From the NCBI RefSeq assembly GCF_006345805.1, contig NC_043015.1, forward strand, positions 13,454,001 through 13,518,000: a stretch of DNA of 64,000 nucleotides. Reading direction: 5' to 3'. Below, in pieces: positions 51,189 through 64,000 of this stretch. The notes below the pieces were generated by a model. That model was not told the origin of the DNA. It saw only the letters and a program-made list of their open reading frames with translations, and did not search any database. Positions within the stretch are counted from its first letter, which is position 1. Every line of letters starts with the position of its first letter. This DNA comes from Octopus sinensis (lineage: Eukaryota). The position numbers and the translations under genes are program-made.

Positions 51189-52104
51189 AAAATCGATTTA
51201 CAATTCCTCACTGTTTATATTTATTTATTTATTTATTTCAGTTTTCTCTCTCTCTCTCTCTCTCTCTCGAAAAAAAAAAAAAAAAAAAATTATGTTTCAA
51301 ATTTAATTCAATCTATAGTTGAAATAAAAAAAAAAACATTTTTCTCGCCTAAATATAGGTGAAATATCGCGTATTTTAAATGTATATTCTGTTTTCCTTT
51401 TTTTCATTTTATGATCATTTAAAAAATATATACGTATCTGTTAAGTTCTGCGGCTTTATTATTTATTTTAATCAATTGTTAAATGCGTAAACAAAATCAA
51501 AAATAAATATACAATATACTTAGGGAAAGTGTAAGGTGATGTGATTTGTATGCTTTTCAGAAGGGCCTTAACGGCGTACATGAGGTGACTCCGTCAAAGG
51601 ACCCGAAAGAAATTGACCATTCCAAGAACATAGTTTCAACGCTATCTTTACTTATAGACATTTGTGTATCAATAATCCATTAATTCAACGAGTATTTAGA
51701 GCAATTCGAGAGCACGACTTAATTTCAATTCTCAGTTATTACAATGTCACGTCACTTATACTGTTAGACTACCCGAAAAAGGGATAACAGTTTCGCACCA
51801 CAAGGGAGGTCACTCTGTTATGTAAGCTACTGTAACTTATAAATATTTATGAAAATTTCAGAAAAAATAGTTGCAATTTAAATATCAATTAATTAATGAA
51901 TAGTATTAGTTCATAACAAAATTAACATACTATGAGATATATTTTTCAATTAAATATATATTTGATTCATAATCTGCCACGGAAGAAAAATGATTTTAAT
52001 GAAAAAATAAACCGCGTGTTATTTAGGTTTAGCCTCAAAACCTCATGTTATATATGTGCGTGTGTGAGTGTGCGTGTGTGTATGTGTGCGTAAGTATATA
52101 TATA

Positions 52105-52155
<51 letters not shown>

Positions 52156-52246
52156 TATATATATGTATAGAGGTATGTATGCATATATATATACACAGAC
52201 ATACATATACACATGCGTACATATACATACATGTATCTATCTATCC

Positions 52247-52278
<32 letters not shown>

Positions 52279-52328
52279 CACGTACATATATATGCATGTA
52301 TATACATACATATACATACATACACACG

Positions 52329-52370
<42 letters not shown>

Positions 52371-52505
52371 ACACACACACACACATATATATATATACAT
52401 AAAAGATTATCAATAATTCAATATATTCACTTAAGAAGTAATTACTATTTTATGTTTTGTTACTGTATGTATGTATGTATGTATGTATATATATATGTTT
52501 GTGTA

Positions 52506-52582
<77 letters not shown>

Positions 52583-53111
52583 GTAGATAGATAGATATAT
52601 GGATATATATATATATATATATATTATATATACATATATATACACACACTCTCTCTCTCTCTTCCCCCTCCTTCTCTCTCTCTCCCTCTCCCTTCTCTCA
52701 CTTTCTCTCCCCCTGTCTCTGTATATTGAAATAAGTCTACAATTAATTTGGGACTTAAGATAAACTGTTGTTCATTACAAGTGCTAACTATGAGTGGTAC
52801 ATATAGCACAGTGACTTCCCTTGCAATGCGAAAGTCCCTGAGTACTGAAATAAGGCATCAACATCACATCTTCCCATTATAGCCTTCTCCTAAAATATCG
52901 GACATATTTATTTTGTGAAAAGAATAGGTATTTTTATAACTTAACAGCCTCCTTAGAACATGATATAAATTTCTAATGTAATCAGTGAGTTGCAGTTTCG
53001 ATTCATAGTTGAAACTATTCTATTTCAATTTTGCCTCGAATACATTCGATAAATACATTAAAATGTTCACATTTGCGAATTTAGGGATTTATCGTGACGC
53101 CACTCTTAATG

Positions 53112-53155
<44 letters not shown>

Positions 53156-53157
53156 CC

Positions 53158-53770
53158 TTTCTACTATGGGCACAAGGCCTGTATTTTGCAGGGAGGGGGA
53201 CAGTCGATCACATCGACATCAGTACTCAACTGGTACTTATTCTATCAAGCCCGAAAGGATGAAAGGTAAAGTCGACCTCAATGGAATTTGAACTCAGAAC
53301 GTTATGACGGGCAAAATACCTATTCCTTTACTACCCACAAGGGGTTAAACACAGGGAGGACAAATAAGGACAGACAAACGGATTAAGCCGATTATATCGA
53401 CCCTAGTGCGTAGCTGGTACTCATTTAATCGACCCCGAAAGGATGAAAGGCAAAGTCGACCTCGGTGGAATTTGAACTCAGAATGTAACGACGGGCAAAA
53501 TACCGCTAAGTATTTCGTCCAGCGATGAACAATCTTGCCACCTCGCCGCTTTTATCCTTTGTATTATAGGCACAAGGCATTAAATTTTTCAAGGAGGGGT
53601 GCTAGTTGATTACATTAACTCCGTTGGTCAACTGGTACTTATTTCAACCTCGAAAGTATGAAAAGCAGAATTGACCTCAGCAGAATAATGATAATAATCC
53701 ATTCTAATGTAGGCAAAAGTCCTGAAATTTTGTGGCAGGGATCTACTCGGTCACATCGATCCTAATGTTT
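53158..53770 (-). mobile_element. Stacked array of 3-4 SINE family B copies
   Basis: Successive cgaaaggatgaaagg.aaagtcgacctc..tggaatttgaactcagaa blocks, all minus, next to (ATA)n at 53111-53155. Confidence 0.82.
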
Positions 53771-55139
53771 AGGACCCAACTAAATTGCAGAAATCACAAT
53801 TCTATATTATTAGTATAAGTTTTTGTGTAACATTGAGTTATCTGTTAAACGTATCAATGAGAACAGCCGCCCTCACGTGGAGAGATTTGTTGTACTTGAT
53901 GATAGGTAATATTCTTAACTGTATTTTTTTTTTCGTTGATGGGGCAATTTGGTTATTCACAATGAAACTGAAACTGTTTATTATTGTATAAGTTAACGAT
54001 TGTATAAGTATAACAAGGTCATGAGTTGTTTAGCTAATTTCTGTTATGTTTAATAACCAAAATACTTAGAACTATTACACTCGATTCACGTCTGTATAGA
54101 GATAGTTATCAGATGATTCCGTTTTAGTCAAAACAAACTGGTAATTACCAAAAATAATGGAATATTATCTTAGATTCTAGAACAAATTTTCATGTTTACG
54201 TCAGGTTTAAGAAACTTAACCCTTAAGCGATCCAAAATTAAGCAATGGCTTTATTTAGAACAACTTCATGTGTCTCGTAGAGTTGTTTGTGGCATATCAA
54301 ATTACTACAGATGCTTTTTATAGCAATACACAAACATATAAAAGAAATGGCATGTGCGTTGTTTTATGAAGTAGCAGACGGGCATATCTTCATCTACTAA
54401 AATATCATAATGATATATATACGCTATTCGTTTAAAAATATCCTAAACAAACTGGAAACATCACTGGAGCGCTCTGCATAACTTATTTCCTTGTTTATGC
54501 TAAACCTCATTTCAGCCCTGGTCGAACAAAATTCTTATCAAAGATATTTCAGCCGTGACCATCTAGTATGTATCCTATGTGCAGAAAACCTAGAACCATT
54601 TTATCCAGCTTTTCCTTTTCTAAGATTGTGAGATGTGGTTTAAGGGAGATTTGTTTGCTTTTTCCAGCAGGTGCACCAACCCCGTAACGGCTCCATTCAT
54701 TCATGTGAATGCGTATGTGAAATTTATGGTGTTATAGGTATGTGGGATGACAAATAATTTTTTCAGGTGAGATAATAAATAGAGAACATATTCTAGGTAC
54801 CGGGTTCTAAATGAACACTGACACTGATGTCAACATTGATGTTGAACCAGCTAAAAAACACTTTACAGTCATCCAGTCTGTTAGAAATAGCATCCAAATC
54901 TGACTTGAATCACACTATACATTTGTGGGATACTGAAGTGAAATAGCTTCAACCGGGAATCGAAACCGAGTCATACTGAATATATTAAAACTTTGCTTCA
55001 TATCCGATTATTCTCTATAATATTGGTTCATTTTGATAAGACGAAAGTGTCCGATATTTAGAGGGAGAATTTAACAAGAAGATGCGATATTCTCGTCTTT
55101 TGCGCTGAGAAGCAGGACCCAATAAGAAAAAATGGTTTC

Positions 55140-55381
55140 TAATCTAAGCACAAGGTTGGTAGATTTGAGGGAGGGGCTTTTAGTCAATACCATCAACAAG
55201 TATTTGATTGGTACTTTAGTGTATCGACCCTGAAGCTGTGAAATATACAGTTAAACTCGGTTGCATTTGAACCTAGAATGTAAAGTGTCGGAACAAAAGT
55301 CGCTTGGCATTTTTTCGTCGATTTTGCCGGTTCGCCGCCTTAGTGGAATTCATTATATAAACATACATATGAATTATACGA

Positions 55382-55427
<46 letters not shown>

Positions 55428-55968
55428 TATATATATATAGTGGAATCAATTATATGAATATAATCACTTAGAATCGAAACCTAATCGCGGTCTCGACTTG
55501 CTATAATGTTTGCTGAAATGAGAAACGTTGGTTTCAAAATTTTGGCATGAGGCCAGCAATTATGGGGAAGGGAGAAAGTTAATTACATCGACCCCAATGT
55601 TCAACTGGTACTTATTTAATCGACCCCGAAAAGGTGAAACGCAAAGTCGACCTCGGCTTAATTTGAACTCGGAACATAGACAGACGAAATGCCACTAAAC
55701 ATTTTACCCGGCCCGCTAACAATTTTGCTAGTTCTTCGTCTTAAAGAAATATTCGTTTCTTCTCTAGGAACAAGGCCAGAAAGTTTGGGGGGAGGGGCCA
55801 GTCGATTAGATCGATCCCAGTACGCAACTAGTACTTAATTTATCGACACCCCGAAAGGATGAAAGGCAAAGTCGACCTCGGCGGAATTTGAACTCAGAAC
55901 GTAGCAGCAGACGAAATACTAAGCATTTTGCCCAGCGTGCTAACAATTCTGCTAGCTCGCCGTCTTAA
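55140..55968 (-). mobile_element. Three SINE family B copies
   Basis: ~55140-55340, 55530-55745, 55760-55968. Confidence 0.8.
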
Positions 55969-56204
55969 CTCAAAGAAATATTGATATACAAACTAATCAA
56001 CGTTATTTAAAATATAGAATGGGCACATTGTGCAGATAATTTTGCTTGAGACACCTTTAGCAAGTGGGAATTGTCATGGTTAGAATGTTTTTGATCGTAG
56101 TTCTGTTCAATCAGGGCTGAACTACAGAGAATCAACAACATAAACAATGAATCTACCAATGCTTTTGAAACGATCGGCATTTTGAAATGGTTCAGCTATT
56201 TAAA

Positions 56205-56350
56205 GATTAACACAAGGACAGAAATTTGTGGAGGTTGGGGAGAAACAGTTGATTTATGTCGACCCCAGAACTTGACTGGTATTTCACTTTATCAACTGTG
56301 GAAGGATAAAAGGCAAAGTTAACTTTGGTGGGATTTGAACTTCGAACATG
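56205..56350 (-). mobile_element. SINE family B, decayed
   Basis: gtcgaccccag..ctggtattt..ggataaaaggcaaagtt..gggatttgaact. Confidence 0.7.
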
Positions 56351-57604
56351 AAGAACCGTTAATATTGGGTTGTTAGGTAAATTCGTTTTTCTTTTTTCTT
56401 TGGGCATTCCATTGTCATATGTCTGAAATGAAATAAAATAAGATTATTTTTCATTTTAATTCAAGTAACATTGGAAAGGATTAAAAGGAAAAATAATTTT
56501 AAAAAACGCATTTTTCTGACAACCCAACAAAAAATAAATATCACTAAGCGATTCTGTCCTTTACACTCCTTCTCTGTTGTTTAAATAAGCATAAACTAGT
56601 GTTGTAGTTGTCGATCCGATTTCTGCTGCGAAATACGATAAAAATATAGATAAGCTTTTCCCGCTTACTTTCATTGACATAGCCTTGAAATATGTATTAC
56701 TCTAAAACTGTTCATTGCGATTAAACACTTGCTTTCAATGAAGATTTTCACTTGTATCCTTACCACAGTAATAAGTCTCTTTTCCCCAATTCCAACCACC
56801 CAGGTATCTGCCCACGTTGTTATTCTCTCTCTCTCTCTCTCTCTCTCCCTCATCTCTCTCTCTCTCTCTCACACACACATACACACTCTCTCGCTCACTC
56901 ATTTTATCTTTCTTTCTCTTTCTTACAAACCTTATTTCTTAGTAGTTACAAAAAACCTAAAATAGAACAATAGATTTCGTTGTTGTTGGTATTGATGTTA
57001 TTTAGCCTTAGTTGTGTCCCGATCAACCAGTCTTATAGTGAAATGTATTTCAACTGTGATCATTCCAGCTGTGTTAGTGGTGGTGGTGGTGGTGGTAATA
57101 GTGGTTGTTGCTTAGCGATCATTCAGACCTATGATATAAAGTGTTCCATCCTGTACCCGTCAAACTATATTATTCAAAGTACGCTCAGTTGTTGTTTTTT
57201 TAAATAAAAGAGTGTGACTTGAGGGAGATTTGGCTACTATCTCATACAAATAAAGTGATGACTACGTAGAGAACTCTTTATTGGCGCCTTATGGATTAGG
57301 TTGATGTAGTAGGCAGTTCCACGAAATGTATAGCTATGATTGGTAGAGACACAGTCTAAAATTAACAAATGGAAATCAAGGGCAGATATCTATTTATAGT
57401 GAAGTTTAATTTCAGATAAACAAGTCTGTAGTTGTAAATAAGTAAAGGAAACGCATATGCTGTACATGCAATATTAAGACATTTTAACGTTAAGAAAAAA
57501 GTTTGAAGCGCAAACTATAAAACATATTCATATTTATATCGATTATTAATCATTCATTTTTATTGATAGCAGTTAATTATGTGCTCATGAGTACTTACAG
57601 TTGA

Positions 57605-57781
57605 AATATTCTTTTCTACTCTAGACACAAGGCCCGAAATTTTAGGGGAGGGGGCCTTTCGACCCGTCGATTAGATCGACCCAAGTACGCAACTGGTACT
57701 TAATTCATCGACCTCGGCGGAATTTGAACTTACATTCTGAGTTCAAATTCGCACCTTGTGCCTAGAGTAGAAAAGAATATT
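57605..57781. mobile_element. SINE family B with fold-back inverted 3' segment
   Basis: aatattcttttctactctagacacaagg (57605-57632) inverted at 57754-57781 (1 mismatch); gaatttgaact/agttcaaattc inner stem. Confidence 0.8.
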
Positions 57782-58134
57782 AACTATGCTGGTAACACGC
57801 ACACACACACACACCACACACACACACACGCACACAAACATACATAAGTACATTAATCGACAGAAGTTAAAGAGTGACTCAAGGGCCGAAAGTTTCGTAT
57901 ATTGGCACTTGTCAAACTGCTTGATAAATGCCAATGCACGAAACTCGGATTCTGAGTCACTTTTGCCGTTTAATGATATATATATAATCATTTACTTGTT
58001 TCAGTCATTTGACTGCGGCCGTGCTGGAGTACCGCCTTTTGTCGAACAAATTGATCTCAGAGAACGTAAACACACCAACATCGGTTGTCAAGCGATGGTG
58101 GAGAAGAAGCACTGAAACACGCACACAAATATAT

Positions 58135-58242
<108 letters not shown>

Positions 58243-58459
58243 TATATATATATATATTTGTGTGTGTGTTAGTGCTTATATATTCATGTTTATATCGATT
58301 GTTTTTATATATATATTTGTTTTCACAGTTCTATATGTTTGCAGTTGTAGTTTCCTAATTATATCACTACACACACATATGTGAGAGAAACTATATTAGA
58401 AAGATAGAGAGAGGAGAAGGGAGGGATAGAGAAGGGTAGGGTGAATGAGTGAGAGAAGA

Positions 58460-58630
58460 ATCCACCCAGATACTTAACTGGGGCTTTAATTATCAGGCTT
58501 GAATAAATGAAAGATCAAGTTGACCTCGGTGTAATTTGAGCTGAGATTTGATCTGGGATTTGAGCTGAACGCGCAGTGGGCTGGAACGAATGTCGCAAAG
58601 CATTCTACCTGACGTTCTAACGATTTTGCC
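58460..58630 (-). mobile_element. SINE family B, decayed
   Basis: aatgaaagatcaagttgacctcggtgtaatttgagctgaga..gcaaagcattct. Confidence 0.65.
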
Positions 58631-59879
58631 GATGGACTTCCTTGTGTAGGTGTATTGAGGAAAACGGGTTTTGGGAAGTAGGTCAGGAGAAAAAGCAGTA
58701 CGCATGTTCCATTACTGGGTCTCCGAGATTGGTGGGAGGAAGGTATCCTTAAACCAGAAACCAGATCCGAATGCTTGCAACAACGTAAACACCGCTTAAG
58801 GAACCCAAAGTGCCAGGTGATGGTGTTAAACTTGGCGACAGATTAAGTCTGCCACCCAGGCAAGCTAGGGCAGGATTTGAACTTACAACCCAAAAGCCGG
58901 AATAAATAAGCAAGGTTTACGTTAAGGTTGTACGCAGGAGTTGGGCTCGTGAATTGCGGAGAGATCCATCAGAAATGAGAAACGTGAGCATAGGCATCTT
59001 AGAGTCCTGGGACATTGTAAGCCACTATGGGTAAAATACATCACTAAGTATTTTTAAAGTCCGGTTTATGTCGCAGAATATTCAATAACGGTATATGATC
59101 ATTATTTTGTATCACTTCCACTACCTTTCTGTTTCCTCTTTCTTCAAAACGTCTTCTAGCATCAAGATGCCATATCCTTAAATATTTTCCTGGATTAAGT
59201 CCCTTAGTACTGCCACTGCCGTGAGCTTTTATGGATGACATTGCCCCTTTAGTGAAAACAAATAGAGAAGCAAAAATTTTCTATTCACAATTGCATGCGT
59301 TATTCCGGCAATGTCAGTTATATTCCAAAGCCAAAACATAATTGGTCTGAATATAATTAGGGACCAATTTAAACATTTCCACTTTAAAATTGGTGGAGGC
59401 TAGTTCATGATCAGGAAGTAGGCAATTAAGAGCCCTACCTTACTACCATCATACCATGAGGAGTACTGAGATGGAGGCTACACTGAAATAGGTGCTAGCA
59501 GCCATTGATAACTATGGTTTAGCGAGAAGATTTAAGTGTGGTATTGTCAACATGACCTTTTGCTGATGATTTTATGGCCATTCAGATCGCGCGAAATCAC
59601 ATTAAGAGTGGACAGAATAGAAATAAGGTTTCGCATGCCCTTGAGAGTATCTTGGTCTGCTACAGGTCTTAACGGGAACTGGAATGTACAGTGCCACTGC
59701 AAATCTCCAGCTTCCTTTTAAATTTGTTGACGGATGAGTGTAAAGTAGGAAAATTTTGCTGCCCTACAATGCTATAGAACTCGATAAATCCCATTGTTCG
59801 TGCGGCTCAGCTAGTAGTGTTAGCACAAAGGAAATGGAATATGAGACAAATTGTCGGGGTGATAGAGACTGTCCTAGAG

Positions 59880-60215
59880 ATGAAATACGGTGAAGGTGTA
59901 GTACAAAAGATACCAATCAGAATGGGGCGTATACAGAACAATCAGTTATTCGACCAGAATAACAAAGCCAGTCTCTGAAATCGTGTCTGAAATAGTTGGA
60001 TTGTTACAGCTGCACCAGATTTGATGTGATGGCTGCATGAATAACGGAAAGGAAAGCGTGCTACAAGTTGAGTCAAAAGAACGTGGATCACAGCTACTTG
60101 GCACTACAAGATGGAGTGACGTGTTGGAAAGTGTAGATATGGTTGTGACAAATCCGACAAATTATAAAGGGAGTGGACTACAATGCAAGCTGTATGTAAA
60201 ATATAAAACATTGGT
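59880..60215 (+). mobile_element. Possible ancient RTE 3' fragment
   Basis: Weak similarity: SVLQVESKERGSQ..RWSDVLESVDM to the RTE xxEVxGxRxRGRPRxRWxDxxxxDM motif. Confidence 0.3.
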
Positions 60216-60219
60216 AGAT

Positions 60220-61830
60220 GTGGACTAAACAACTTAATAAATAGAGTTGTTGAAAGAGAAACAGTTTGAAGTCACTCACGTTCCGGTGCCATGCATAAAT
60301 TCATGCTATTTAAGCTTCCCGTTTTATTGTAACCAAACTTGTTTCTACAGCCATTAGCAACTGCTCAAAAGAGCAGAAACTGTCTTCCATATAGATCTCG
60401 TACAATTTTTGTGGGCTCTGATACTTAACCAATTATTTAAACAAAAATGTTCTGCTATATCTTGTATAACATTACCCACAAAGGTAATAAAAAAATGAAT
60501 TCTCAGAAATACTGCTATTATCTAAATATTTTAGAAACATAATCGTTCGCTTAATTTCTCCTTGGGCTATAATCAGCAGTTCAAGACACAGTTCAGACAA
60601 CCTCATTAAACTGTCAACAAACCTTAATTAATTGCGAACACTGTCATTTAATACTCCACCCCCTCTTATGCACTAGATCTTCAAGCAACACAGTTCACTC
60701 TTCCAAATGTCCCCAAATAGTCTTTTAAGATTGCTTACAGTTTGGGAAGATGATACAGCACATCTCATACTGAAATTACGATCAATTTTTAAGAATTGGC
60801 AATCAAGCGTATGCATTTCACTCCTCTTGATTTTGCAGAGATCTATGTTATAAGGAATATTAAACTTAAAACAAAATATTAAAAATGGTATCACCTACAC
60901 AGTAGCTCAGTGTCAAATAGTTACATTAAGAAATCATCTAAAAATTATTATGCAACTCTTGATTTTAGTCCTAACATTCCATCAGTAACATTAGGAGTGA
61001 TAACAAATTTTCTTTTACGAACTGCATTGAAAATCCATCGCTTTGTATTCAACTTCGAAGTTCGTCATGTATAGATTTTTTCTTTTGCGCCAATTTTTAA
61101 ATCTTTTTCAGTCAAATTTAGAATGATTACAGAGTGGGAATGTTTATCAACTGCTGCTCTCATGCAAACAACTAAAATACCTTTGCCTTTCATAGTAGTA
61201 GATTCATCAATCATAATTGACATTTTAGATTGTTAGAAATTATATTTTTAACTGTTGTTTTTCGGATTCTGTTCACTATGTGGTCTGCTATATCTGCATA
61301 TGACTAACGAGTGTTAAAGTTATTTTTCCTTCCTGACCAAAGTCGTGAGATATATTTGAGTAAGGCCTACTTTTGTGTAAAATAATATATACAGTTCTAA
61401 AAGCTCGACCAATTTTTGCTTCATTATTTTCCAGTGACGTATACACTGTATCTTCGATTAGATGTCTTTTCAGTTTCTCCATTGTTTTCCCATCTTTTGT
61501 ACTTAAAAATCATAGTTCTTCAACTAATTAAGCTGGTTTACTATGTTGTGTCCCCATTCACTCACACATCTACATTAACACTGCATCACTCGTAAGACAA
61601 ATGAACTTCTAGTGTCCATCCAATTTCACGGTTCACAATACAACCTAGATTTTCTATTTTTTAACCACTTGCAAGTGATACTCTATTTTTTCTTTTTATT
61701 TAAGTGCATTTCTGTCCAACAATTGGAAAGATCGGTATTTCTTTTGAAATACAGGGGACAGATAATTATCTTCGAGTAATATATCCCTCTTCACTGGCCG
61801 AATGTATTTCAATATTATTTACTTCTCCAT
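60220..61830 (-). pseudogene. Decayed hAT (ZNF862-like) transposase
   Basis: Collinear minus-strand motifs: LGCIVNREIG; AFRTVYIILHKSRPYSN; SKMSIMIDESTT..ILVVCMRAAVD; MLGLKSRVA; LDCQFLKIDRNFSMRCAVSSSQTVS; DSLMRLSELCLEL; SLNSMNLCMAPER..TTLFIKLFSP (dimerisation domain). Confidence 0.82.
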
Positions 61831-62824
61831 CTTTTAAAATATTTATGTTAATATTTTACTTTACATTTCTATTGGATACACAAACCTAAAATACATAGCT
61901 ATTTGATACTATTGAGATTTATACAATAAAATGTGTAGAAGGTTATTTTTTTTCAACTTGCACTGTTTTTGAGTAAAATCATCCACAATAAAATAATCAT
62001 TATTCATTATTTAAGCTGAAAAAATTAACTGATAATCCCCGCTTTATCTCGTCAAGGTACATTCTAATCTAACTAATCTTAAACGAAATTCCTAATTAGG
62101 GGATACAGTAGAAACAATATTGAATTATAATTATATAGTATATAATCAAATTTAGGTCCACTGTAACTATTTCTAATTGAAGATTATATAGAACTGGTTT
62201 AAATACAAGCCGCGATAAGTTTCTCATGGCCAAAGGCCATTCCACACCAAAGGCTAGGTTAACCAGACTACACAAAGCTACAACGTGTACAGTCATTCTC
62301 ACACAGAATGGTACACAGTTGAAATGGATTAAAATACAGGTTCTGTGAATACATTGTGCATGTACAACTAAAGTTATGCTGAGGAAAAAGAGCTACTTAG
62401 GTAATCTGAACACATGGAATGCTTAGAAAAGCTGCCCGTGTGAATTTTGAGAAATTTGAAGGATAAATAATGGCTGTAATTAAAATGCATAATGCAGCTT
62501 AAGATGTCCGTATGAGACAAATGATATGTTTTTTTTCATCTCTTAATGTAGCCATAAACTGCACACTCATCCATCACCAAAAATACTTTAAAAAGTCCAT
62601 GAGACTCATGCTAAAATACGAATCTAATATTCTTAATCTCGTGCTTTTGATGAAGAGCCAAGCTGACTGCTTCTCCAACTCATCGGTAAGCAATTTTATG
62701 TGCGTGTTCACAGATTTGCTATCTGCAATCACAGGGATCTTCGAATACTTGTACTACAATAATAGGATGATGGAGCATTACCTAGACGGAGATGACATCA
62801 TCGCGTTTGAGAGTATGTGAGAGA

Positions 62825-62861
<37 letters not shown>

Positions 62862-62944
62862 GAGAGCATGAGTCAATAGTATTTCTATCATAGTATAGAA
62901 AAAGAATATAAGCTAATACAGAGTTGTGGTACAAATATGATGAT

Positions 62945-63185
62945 TGGTTTCAAATTTTGGCACAAGGTCTGTGATTTGGGGAACGGGATTAAGTCGATTA
63001 CATCGACCGCAATGTTCAACTTGTACTTATTTTATTGACCACGAAATAATGAAAGGAAAAGTTGACCCCGGTGGTATTTGAACTCAGAATTTGAACTCAG
63101 AACAAGATGGCATTTGAATTCAGAATATGAAGATGGACGAAAGATGGACGAAATACCGCTAAGCATTCTGCCAGCTCGACGCCTT
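62945..63185 (-). mobile_element. SINE family B
   Basis: tttggcacaaggtc..aagtcgattacatcgacc..aaagttgaccccggtggtatttgaactcagaa..aaataccgctaagcatt. Confidence 0.8.
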
Positions 63186-64000
63186 ACAAATATGATTATT
63201 GAAGATGTGAAACGGTTGAACCACACCTACCGTATTTGATGGCATAAAAGACACACAAGCACCCCAACTTCAGCCGCGCATATTCAAGGGAGAAACACGT
63301 TTTAATACTCTTTAACTTTTAATACAGACCCAACTTCACATATAGGACCCGAAGGAGGTATAAGTTATGACAATTTTGATTTTAAAATAAAGTGCGCATG
63401 CATGGCTGTGTGGTTAAGAAGGTTGCAACCAGTTCATACCATTTATATTTTTATGATCGATTTCTAGCGTGCTTCAATACTCATAATGGTTTGCTTCTTA
63501 CAGGGAGACCATAGTGGGCAGTAATATTCAAACTGAGACTTGGCAAACGCAGAGAAGAGAAAGATGACGATGTCAGGATCTCTTGACTGGAAAATTCTAA
63601 GGATCCATAAGCACAATCGTCGGGTCATATTGACTTTATTATTGATGTGTGCACTTTAGCTTTAGTTGTTGTCTATAGTTACACCGAAATTTCTGATATT
63701 ACTTGACTATAAGAAACTCTCCCGAGGGTTGAGAATATGGCTGTATGACTGTTTAAGTATATTTTCTTTTTCTAAGTAGATGAGCTCGATTTTTTCCTCG
63801 TTTAAGAATGTTTTTCTTTCATCGAATCACAGCGTATACAGTCTGAAACGGGTCATCTACTCCTCTGATAGATTTCTGGAGCTTAAAACCATCGGCAGAG
63901 ACTTTTATTTCATGATATTTCCAATGCTATGTATGTAAATAATAAACCGAATCAGCACTCTGAGAACACCACTTATGCTCTCTCTCTCTCTCTCCTCTCT

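Noticed and set aside
59563-59625. CTGATGA...GAAA hammerhead-like spacing
   Set aside because: No stem II closing pair and no UH cleavage site or stem I.

Overview
Eukaryotic, AT-rich, microsatellite-dense DNA, most likely an octopus genome (inferred from the SINE families and repeat landscape, not verified by search). The only host gene I can support is the first coding exon of an SLC22 (organic cation transporter-like) gene at 51040-51182 (+), followed by an intron that runs past the window end. The remaining ~50 kb upstream and the intron are transposon debris: mariner, Tc1, hAT and piggyBac-type DNA elements, Helitrons, CR1, RTE, Tx1/L1 and R4/Dong-type LINE fragments, a decayed Penelope-like element, and many tRNA-derived SINEs. 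The most interesting signal is a set of unrelated type I hammerhead-ribozyme motifs of the Penelope/retrozyme kind (7070-7179 and 12148-12195 with intact cores; 10623-10657, 45269-45314 and 18586-18640 variant or decayed). There is also a pre-miRNA-like hairpin with a duplicated structured repeat at 19.6-19.9 kb, several long fold-back palindromes, and a strong antisense bias of SINEs inside the SLC22 intron. All alignments and folds were done by eye; element boundaries are approximate unless TIRs, TSDs or splice sites are quoted.
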